From an uncultured virus (IMG/VR IMGVR_UViG_2061766007_001638) (taxonomy: Duplodnaviria > Heunggongvirae > Uroviricota > Caudoviricetes): 64,000 nucleotides of DNA. This document shows, in pieces, positions 48,351 through 56,446 of the stretch. The notes beneath the pieces are model-generated. The model was not told the origin of the DNA. It ran no database searches and saw only the letters and a program-made list of their open reading frames with translations. The number at the start of each line of letters is the position of its first letter. Positions within the stretch are counted from its first letter, which is position 1. The stretch is taken from IMG/VR virus record IMGVR_UViG_2061766007_001638; one strand, written 5' to 3'. The position numbers and the translations under genes were made by a program.

Positions 48351-48425
48351 GGCCGCTTCGTATAGTGGTTATTATCGCAGACTCTTAATCTNNNNNNNNN
48401 NNNNNNNNNNNNNNNNNNNNNNNNN
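48351..48425 (+). tRNA. tRNA-Lys(CUU), 3' half in gap
   Basis: GCAGA-CTCTTAA-TCT. Confidence 0.75.
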
Positions 48426-48509
48426 NNNNNNNNNNNNNNNNNNNNNNNNNNNACGGCTGGGGAGGTTCGAGTCCTCCGCTGGGATTCCATGTATAATATT
48501 AAAAGCAAG

Positions 48510-48648
48510 GCAAGATTGGCAGAGAAGTTATGCGCCACCCTTCCCGTGGAATAGTTCAAGCAGAACGCCACAAAGGAAATCTTGGTTCAAGTCCAAGTTC
48601 CGCGACCAAAGGTGGTTTACGCCGATGCGAGTTCGGCATCTTGCTCCA
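48510..48648 (+). tRNA. Interrupted tRNA-Gly(UCC) with nested tRNA-like insert at 48545-48608
   Basis: GCAAGAT/ATCTTGC-TCCA, CCACC-CTTCC[64 nt ending ACCA]AA-GGTGG. Confidence 0.88.
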
Positions 48649-48765
48649 TTTCTACCCTGAACTCATGGTTGCCGCCAACAGATTCAGGGTGATTATTTCG
48701 TATAATTGTAAATAGATGTGTGAACGTGTTACGGCAATAACACACTAATAACGGGAAAAATAATT

Positions 48766-49369
48766 ATGAAGAAGCATTACTTGGTTTACAAAACCACTTG
48801 CCTATTGAATGGCAAGATTTACATTGGTCAACATTAGACTTATGACCTCAACGATAGCTACGTTGGAAGCGGTAGGGATTTGAAAGAGGATATTCGTAAA
48901 TTCGGGTCTGAAAATTNNNNNNNNNNNNNNNNNNNNNNNNNNNNNNNNNNNNNNNNNNNNNNNNNNNNNNNNNNNNNNNNNNNNNNNNNNNNNNNNNNNN
49001 NNNNNNNNNNNNNNNNNNNNNNNNNNACTGGGAGGATTAAAAGTTGCTATGCGATGTAAGACTGACCCAGAATACAATAGAAGGTTGTTAGACAAAAAAC
49101 GAATGGTTATGCGAATGGAGTGGAAAACCAACCCTGAAAGATTTAGAAATTGTTGTTGTTTTAATCCTTCGTTTAGAAAGACTTTTTTGGGAAAACACCA
49201 TACCGAAGAAACGAAACAAAAGATGCGAGAAAAAGCTCATCTTCGCACAGGAAAAAAGAATAGTTCTTTTGGNNNNNNNNNNNNNNNNNNNCAAGAAGGT
49301 GAAGAAAGAAGAAGCAGAAACCTTCTTGAACCAAGGCTGGAAACTCGGAAGAAAAATGAGTTTCAATAA
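48766..49369 (+). CDS. GIY-YIG homing endonuclease with NUMOD3-like motif; in-frame TAG; gapped
   Basis: YLVYKTT...NGKIYIGQH*TYDLND.YVGSG (TAG 48835), KHHTEETKQKM. Confidence 0.8.
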
Positions 49370-49380
49370 ATGATTTTAAT

Positions 49381-49455
49381 GCGAACGTGGTACATCAGCA
49401 GTACACCAATCTGCCAGATTGGNNNNNNNNNNNNNNNNNNNNNNNNNNNNNNNNN
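49381..49455 (+). tRNA. tRNA-Gly(GCC), 3' half in gap
   Basis: CCAAT-CTGCCAG-ATTGG. Confidence 0.75.
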
Positions 49456-49693
49456 NGCAGTCCAGAACCTTTTATGCCGTTTCCAACTGGAAAGGTGACT
49501 GCGTCTAAAAATGAAACGGGCTCTGCCGCCACGAGATTGGTGATAGTTTGTTGGCCGTTGCCTACAAGAAAACGGCTTGGAAAGCGTCCAACCCTCAGAG
49601 TACTGGGTTCCATTCCTTCAATCACCAAGGAAAAGGACGCACGTTTTAAGGTAAATACGATATCTAACAATAGAAACTGAAAGAAGACGAAAA

Positions 49694-50290
49694 ATGAAGA
49701 AAATAGTTGCACTTGCCGCTTCGGCAATCCTCTNNNNNNNNNNNNGCGTTCGAATTTGTGAACAGCGCGGACGGATACAGCTATGTACAGATTAACCAGG
49801 ACTTGGAGTCGTTCTCGTTCACTCCAGACTGGCACTCCCTCGGGAACGCTGGAAGGGTTGGATACGTGGTATACTCCGCAGATATGGGAGATAGAGAGAG
49901 GGCCGCATACATGGAGGCCAACGCGAACAACCCCCAGTTTGGAAAGCATGTTAATGGTGGAACGGTGAACCTTGGTTCATTGAATGCGGGTGACAAGGTT
50001 GGATTTTACGAGAGCCGCCCCAATGGCGGTGTTTACACCCATACTTCCTTTGAGGACTGGAAGGGTGGAACATGGCTGGCGTTTGACAAGAATGGCGGTC
50101 ATGGCAANNNNNNNNNNNNNNNNNNNNNNNNNNNNNNNNNNNNNNNNNNNNNNNNNNNNNNNNNAGTGGCGGTGGTTCTGGTGGAGGAACAGGTGCGCCA
50201 AACGGAGCTCCGCTTCCAGGTGCGTTGGCCGTGATTCTCGTCGGCGCAGTTGGTGCTGGAGCATGGAAGGCTGGAAAGAAGAAAGCCTGA
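49694..50290 (+). CDS. Exported protein with PEP-CTERM-like sorting signal (gapped)
   Basis: Signal peptide MKKIVALAASAIL; Gly-rich linker then GAPLPG-hydrophobic TM-KKK. Confidence 0.7.
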
Positions 50291-50298
50291 AGAAGATT

Positions 50299-50394
50299 TC
50301 GGACGTAGGGGAGTATCGCAAACCCAGCCTCGTGAGGGAGGCCAGCCAGGACAATCAATGGCTTTCGAAGGTGAAATTCCTTCCGTTCGGACCA
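50299..50394 (+). ncRNA. tRNA-like RNA, 6-nt anticodon loop, long variable arm, ACCA
   Basis: TCGGACG/CGTTCGG, GCCTC-GTGAGG-GAGGC, GAAGG-TGAAATT-CCTTC. Confidence 0.65.
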
Positions 50395-50602
50395 AGTCTC
50401 TTTTATCCTAGTTTCCGACCGAGAGAGTAAACGGGGAGGCAAGACGGATTGCCTGAAGCCGAAAACGTGCCAGCTGGAGGGAGAAAACACGCGTCTCCGT
50501 AAAACCTGGCCAGGAAGTTGCCAGTCACCACAAGTAGGCTCCGAGTCCATGTCGTCCAAGGTTCATGACCCTGCGAAACAGGAACTCCGTATGATATTTT
50601 CT

Positions 50603-50729
50603 GGGCATAGAAGGTTCCTATTATTTCGACGACCAATCTCTGGGTTGCGGGTTCGAGTCCCGTCGCTGACGCACAACGCGTCCGTGTAGCTCAACTGGCA
50701 GAGCAAGAGACAGAATATACCTTCCGCCC
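50603..50729 (+). ncRNA. YrlA-like Y RNA (permuted tRNA domain on a long bulged terminal stem)
   Basis: GGGC..GAAGGT/ACCTTC.GCCC stem; TCTCT, T-arm GCGGG-TTCGAGT-CCCGT, closed acceptor GACGC-ACAAC-GCGTC, D-arm GCTC-AACTGGCA-GAGC, AGAGA. Confidence 0.8.
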
Positions 50730-50734
50730 TTTAT

Positions 50735-50819
50735 TGCCAGGTGCCAGATAAGATAATGGGGCGGGCTGTAAACCCGCTGTCTTCGGACTTAGGTGGAGCG
50801 TTACCACCCCTGGCAACCA
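50735..50819 (+). tRNA. tRNA-Tyr(GUA), atypical T-loop AGCGTTA
   Basis: GCGGG-CTGTAAA-CCCGC, variable arm, ACCA. Confidence 0.88.
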
Positions 50820-51108
50820 TTCTCCATCAAATGACCGTCGAGCTCGAGAAAGACGGTCTAGGATGGAAGAAAACTAAAGTAGGCGCTGGTCTCTGGTGGT
50901 CCAGCCAGCGTTGACAACGGGAAGAAACGGACAAGGCGAAATCCTGTTCGGACAGTTCGGATTGGGTCTTCGAGCGGAGTGACCACCCGTGGCGAAGACA
51001 TATCCGTGGAGTCGATGGCGAGAGATTGNNNNNNNNNNCAGCGTATGCGCACGAATGCTGGACAATCGCAAGTGCTGGTTTAAATCCGTTGACAGCGCGT
51101 TTCCTTTT

Positions 51109-51185
51109 GGTCGAGTAGCTCAGCTGGTTGGAGCGTCTCGTTGACATCGAGAAGGTCGGCAGTTCGAATCTGCCCCCGACCACCA
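51109..51185 (+). tRNA. tRNA-Val(GAC)
   Basis: TCTCG-TTGACAT-CGAGA, ACCA. Confidence 0.92.
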
Positions 51186-51720
51186 CTTCCAAGTTTTACG
51201 GACACGCGAGATGGGTTCGATTCCCACTCCGAAGGCTGTTCGAATCCGCCTCGGGCCTGGTGGCATACGTCTGGAACAGGCGGGNNNNNNNNNNNNNNNN
51301 NNNNNNNNNNNNNNNNNNNNNNNNNNNNNNNNNNNNNNNNNNNNNNNNNNNNGAGGGGACCGACGGTTCGAGTCCGTCCAAACCTACCAAGATTAACTTG
51401 ACAAATGATTGATGTATGGTATAATATACCACAGTCAGGAGAAAACAAAATGAGAGATTTCTGGTTAGGAGTGTTCGCTGGTGCGTGCTTCACTTTGATT
51501 ATTGTTCTTGCGATAATGTCGATAGTCAATACAGAGGATGGATACAGGGACAAGATGACGATAGAGTACATCTGTCCAGACAAGGAATACGAGAGGAAGA
51601 TGTTCCTTGACATGGTGAACGGAAGCGGAATCGAGACAAATTTCATATACAAGGATTACCATTACGGAAAACATTCCATAAAGTACATCCTGAAAAATCC
51701 AAAGTGACTTAAAACCAAAT

Positions 51721-51838
51721 GGCTTGATACTCAGGTAACTGGTCCTGGCCCGTGGTGAAACGGGTTCCCTGACATTGATGGGCTTGTCGACCGCCCGTCG
51801 GGGAGACAGCGGAGTCGATATCCGCAAGACAGCCACCA
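51721..51838 (+). ncRNA. tRNA-like RNA, 6-nt loop, very long variable arm, ACCA
   Basis: CCCGT-GGTGAA-ACGGG, TCCCTGAC/GTCGGGGA arm, GCGGA-GTCGATA-TCCGC. Confidence 0.55.
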
Positions 51839-51985
51839 ATTNNNNNNNNNNNNNNNTGATAATGTCTTCAGTTTATTGCAATAGACAAAAAGACATTGGA
51901 AGATGGCCAACAGAACACCTTCTATGAATCCATGGTTAGTAGAGGGAGACCCGTGGTTCGATTCCACGATGACCCGACCATTTAC

Positions 51986-52060
51986 GGGCCGATAATTCAA
52001 CGGTAGAATACTTCACTGGCAGTGAAGATATGCAGGTNNNNNNNNNNNNNNNNNNNNNNN
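51986..52060 (+). tRNA. tRNA-Ala(GGC), 3' end in gap
   Basis: CTTCA-CTGGCAG-TGAAG. Confidence 0.75.
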
Positions 52061-52227
52061 NNNNNNNNNNNNNNNNNNNTAATCCCAGAAGGGCGTAGCA
52101 AGGCTTGAATTCACCTTCCGCTTGAAACATGGGACGTGGCTTGCAGAATCTAGATATGCAAGTTATACGAGCGCGGCAGCATGGAGCTGCTAGTTCCGTG
52201 AGAATCGGATGTCGTCGCCAATTTAGA

Positions 52228-52301
52228 GGGCCGCTAGTTCAATAGTAGAACACCTCGTTCGCAACGAGGAGACTTCGGAGCGTTACCGAACGTGTCCACC
52301 A
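52228..52301 (+). tRNA. tRNA-Ala(CGC), imperfect acceptor, atypical T-loop
   Basis: CCTCG-TTCGCAA-CGAGG, G3:U70, ACCA. Confidence 0.75.
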
Positions 52302-52347
52302 TTTCCTGGCTTTTAGATAGTTGTCTAATGATATTCATGCACAAAAT

Positions 52348-52422
52348 GGCCAAGTAGCTCAGGAGTAGAGCGGTTGCCTGAAGAGCAACGCGTCGGTGGT
52401 GCGAAACCATCCTTGGCCACCA
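52348..52422 (+). tRNA. tRNA-Phe(GAA)
   Basis: GTTGC-CTGAAGA-GCAAC, ACCA. Confidence 0.9.
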
Positions 52423-52448
52423 ATTTATGATGTTATTGTTTTAGCCAT

Positions 52449-52522
52449 GGACGGGTCGTAGAACGGTAATACTCCTGATTGAAGCTCAGGCATTGTTGGT
52501 TCGACTCCAACCTCGTCCACCA
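52449..52522 (+). tRNA. tRNA-Phe(GAA), second divergent copy
   Basis: CCTGA-TTGAAGC-TCAGG, ACCA. Confidence 0.85.
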
Positions 52523-52531
52523 ATTTCAGAT

Positions 52532-52606
52532 GGCGGCACTGGTGTAGCGGAAACACGGAAGAATGTGAATCTTCAATTCTGGGTTCAACTCCCAGGTGCC
52601 TCCCCA
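52532..52606 (+). tRNA. tRNA-His(GUG)
   Basis: GAAGA-ATGTGAA-TCTTC, G-1 and C73. Confidence 0.9.
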
Positions 52607-52670
52607 AATTTGACTTGACATGTCGTTCGGTTTCTGGTATAATATGACCAGACAACAAAAAGGAAAAGAA

Positions 52671-52859
52671 ATGAAGAAAGCATTCACGTCTATTGAATTG
52701 ATGGTAGTCATTGCGATTATGGCTATCTTTTGCGCGATTATATCTGCAAGGGTTTCTGCATACAAGAAAGAGCGCGATAAGGAAAAATCAGTCAAAGTGG
52801 AAAACACAAAGACGAATAACGCAAAAAGCACGACGATATACACAATCGTATCGGAATAA
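52671..52859 (+). CDS. Small protein with prepilin-type N-terminal cleavage/methylation motif
   Basis: MKKAF-TSIELMVVIAIMAIFCAII; own sigma70 promoter and SD. Confidence 0.75.
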   Translation: MKKAFTSIELMVVIAIMAIFCAIISARVSAYKKERDKEKSVKVENTKTNNAKSTTIYTIVSE

Positions 52860-53149
52860 AAAGGTATAATATAGTCATTGGATGAAGGACAATGACAGAA
52901 GAGGAAAACATGACCAAGAACGAAGAGAACGTAATCCAGTGGGCGTTCAACCTGGCAATCTCAATTGTCGCTGGGGACTACCACCTTCCCAAACCGATGA
53001 ACGTCGCAATAAACAATCTTCAGGACGCAGTTTGGGACTTGGCAAAAGAGCGTGGGATGTCCGTGGAGGACGGATGCACTGCCGAGTTCGGGAAGTTCAA
53101 GGACGAGTTCTGGAAAGACATCGAGGAAAAACTCAAAAATTCCAATTAA

Positions 53150-53224
53150 TGCCGATTCGCCTAACGGTATGGCACCTGTCTCTGAAACAGGCTAAAGTTG
53201 GTTCAACTCCAACATCGGCAGNNN
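53150..53224 (+). tRNA. tRNA-Gln(CUG)
   Basis: CCTGT-CTCTGAA-ACAGG, TGCCGAT/ATCGGCA. Confidence 0.9.
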
Positions 53225-53409
53225 NNNNNNNNNNNNNNNNNNNNNNNNNNNNNNNNNNNNNNNNNNNNNGGAGGGAGACGCTGGAGGGATGCAATCTGCG
53301 CAGCTCTGTCCCAGGAACCCAGCTGGAATGCCGCGTGTTTTTTTTGACTTGACGTCCTTTCGGACATCTGGTATAATATGCACATCAACAAACAACAAAA
53401 GGAAAAGAA

Positions 53410-53936
53410 ATGAAAGCAGCATTAATCACGTTGTCGTCAATCGTCGGAATCGCCCTCATCGGGCTCTGCATGGTCATGTCGAGCAAGAACGGGGCGATAA
53501 GCCTGGAGGAGCAAGTAAACGCGGCCAGGTCTGGAATCGACGTCCAGCTCTCAAACCGATTCAACAAGCTCCACGAGCTCGCTGGCTGCGTGAAGAAGTA
53601 CGACGAGCACGAGTACAACACTCTCGTGAAGGTAATCGAGTCGCGCGGAAAGAACATGAACGGAACCGAGGCCAAGCAGTGCATCGCCGCATTCTCGCGC
53701 GTTGAGGAGCGCTATCCAGACCTCAAGTCGCAGAAGAACTACCAGAACCTCATGAACGACATCGCAATCACAGAGAATACGCTCGCACAGCACAAGAAGG
53801 CGTACAACGAGTACGNNNNNNNNNNAAGTTCCCGACTTCGTTTTTCCTCTCGCTCACTGGATACATAGCCAAGACATACGACATGTACGAGGCCGAGTCC
53901 CAGCAGAAGGACACGAAGCCGCTCGAACTGTTCTAA
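53410..53936 (+). CDS. lemA: LemA family protein (frame broken by small gap)
   Basis: N-terminal TM, LEEQV....S.IDVQL..R, VKKYDEHE, E.YPDLKSQKNYQ.LM, TEN....K.YN, KFP. Confidence 0.85.
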
Positions 53937-54209
53937 TCTGGAATCATTCAGACATGAAACTTGAAAGCATAGACCCAGAGCTCTTCTCGCTTGAACTCTA
54001 CAACCCGAACGGACTCCACGAGCTGGACGTGGCCCTTTGCATAGCGGCATCAATCGGATACTGCGACGCGTCCCGCCTACTCGTCCGCCCGAAAGAGGGG
54101 GAAGTTGCGCTGATGATTGAATGGGAGGACGGGTCGAAGTACTGGTGCCACGCGAACATGGACATTCTCGATTCAATCAGGGAATGGCTTGCGAGAAGGA
54201 GGTCGTGAC

Positions 54210-55052
54210 ATGGGATACACTTTCAGGAGAACCAGCGGAAACTCGTGGGACACGCATTCCCCGAGCTACGGGAAGAATACGGAAAGGAAGGTCCTTTTCG
54301 ACGGAATAACCTGGGAGATAACCCTCAGGGAGGTCATGTTCTCCATCCTTATTCTCGGGATGTTCGCGTTTTTGGGATTCCTCGTCCATTCTGCGATAGA
54401 CAAGAAAGTTGACGATTCCACCCTCAAGTACAGACAGGCCGTCTCGATACAGGACGAAGGCGAGTTCCGACACGCGATGGACACCGACGTGGGGAACGCT
54501 TTCGTAAGGGGTAAGGTCGAGGCGGTAACTCCAGTCAAGACGAAACTGGTGAAGGGCGAATATCTCAGGATTCACGTTGACCACCAGAAGTACAGGATGC
54601 ACACGAGGGTGGTGACGTACACGACTTACGACTCGAAGGGCCGTCCCCACGTCCACCACAGGACGGTCACGTATTGGTCGTGGGACACCGTGAATTCGTT
54701 CACAACGAACTCCCAGGAGGTCGTGTTCTGCGGCTCGAAGTTCAAGTACGACAAGTTCGAATATTCCTGTGCGAATACGGACGAGACGATAGTCGGAGGG
54801 GGAACGTTTAATAACGAAAGAGACGTCGTGTATACCACGAAGGACGGGTTCACTGGAACGATTTTCGCGGACCTTCGGAACGGAAGCGTGACTGGAAGAC
54901 CGACGATGGTCGGAAGAGGGATAGAGAAGTACAGGGAAAGCCTAGAGAAGTGCACCTGGCCGTACGTCCTTTTCTGGATACTGTGGATTGTGCTGACTGT
55001 TGTCGCGATAGTACTGTTCTACATAATAGACAACAGATGGCTGGAAGGATGA
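54210..55052 (+). CDS. Two-TM membrane protein downstream of LemA
   Basis: EITLRE..FSI TM, Y..HTRVVTY....G....TVTYWSWD, C-terminal TM FY.IDNRWLE. Confidence 0.75.
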   Translation: MGYTFRRTSGNSWDTHSPSYGKNTERKVLFDGITWEITLREVMFSILILGMFAFLGFLVHSAIDKKVDDSTLKYRQAVSIQDEGEFRHAMDTDVGNAFVRGKVEAVTPVKTKLVKGEYLRIHVDHQKYRMHTRVVTYTTYDSKGRPHVHHRTVTYWSWDTVNSFTTNSQEVVFCGSKFKYDKFEYSCANTDETIVGGGTFNNERDVVYTTKDGFTGTIFADLRNGSVTGRPTMVGRGIEKYRESLEKCTWPYVLFWILWIVLTVVAIVLFYIIDNRWLEG

Positions 55053-56446
55053 CGAACATGAAAAAGCCACTTCACATAGAGGAAATCGACCCAGAGCTAT
55101 TCACTTGGGACAAATATGAATCGGATTACGGCGGNNNNNNNNNNNNNNNNNNNNNNNNNNNNNNNNNATCTCCATGAAAGTGATGGAACGTGAAATCAAG
55201 AAACGCTGTGTCGGATATTGCGAGGGTTCTCGTCTCCGCGTCAGGCCAAAGTCGGACATGTACGCCATCATGATAGAGGACGACGATTTCGAGAAGTTCT
55301 GGTTTCACTTTCCAAAGGTATGCATTGACATGGTGATGGACGGAATCGACTGTTCCGCGATTGACAGTTGATATTTATATGAGAAGAATGATTCCCATGA
55401 GTTCCTTCAACTGTAGTAAAAAGAAAGAGAACTAAAACAATGAAACTGATTATGCCAATAGTGGGCATCCTGCTCATTGTGTCTGGGGTTGTGTTTGCGT
55501 TATGCTATTCCCCCACCCAATTACGGTCTGATTATTCCACCAAGATTTCTGTTGACAAGCCAGACAAGATTGAGAACGCCATTTCAAATGTTGTGTCTGA
55601 TTTAAGGAAAAGGGATTTCGTTCCAGTCAATCTTAATGTGAATTGGCATCCAGCAAGCAAAACCTATGTGGTCTACGCAAGGGGAATTGACAGAACCAAA
55701 CTCGAAAGTATGAGCCGTAAGGGAGAACTGAAATGACGAAGACGATATACGTATGCGACTGCTGTGGGATGGAGGTTTCCCTTGAACATCTGCACAAGTG
55801 CTACAAGGAAATCCGCGATTGGAACGGCTACAAGAACATTGTCAAGACCTGGGAGCTTTGCGAGAACTGTATTGACCGCCTTGAGGCTGCGATGGAAGCG
55901 GAAGCTGCCAAGTTGAAGGGAATGTGCGTACCTTCACAGTGCGCATACTCAAATGGAGGTGGCGAATGACCTCTGAAGAGTGCATAGACAAGATAACCAA
56001 CAAGGACGACATTTATCACGACGTAATCGTGGAAGTATGGAACGATGGCCGTCAGACTGGCAGTGACACGTATTTCAAATGGGATGACTGACAATGTTAT
56101 ATGACATGCTACATACGCTGGAAATCGAAGATATCTCAAAGTTGGATGCCTTTTCTGGGCTTCGTCTGTCCGTCATACGTTTAGAGTTCCAGATGCCGAG
56201 ACAATGCACTAGAACCACGTTCTTTCTTCCGTCAGAAACCGAAAAGGCTGTTTCTTTTCTGGAAGAAATTTCAAAGGACAAGACGATTGACCATGCGTTC
56301 ACGCTGACGATGAACACAAAAGAAGTCGAGGTTGTTGACGGATACATGTTCTATATCGTAGATTCCAGTGGAAAGGAATCCAACATCACGATAGAAATCA
56401 TCGACGCGATTAAGAGGCTTGGCGAGAAGTTAAGGTGAGGTTGAAA

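Noticed and set aside
40970..48608. Group I/II or BHB-type introns as the explanation for the tRNA inserts
   Set aside because: Inserts are only 64-75 nt, show no catalytic core or bulge-helix-bulge motif, and fold as tRNA mimics
46875..53936. Programmed frameshifts in the endonuclease, PEP-CTERM-like and LemA genes
   Set aside because: Frame changes coincide with N gaps of estimated length
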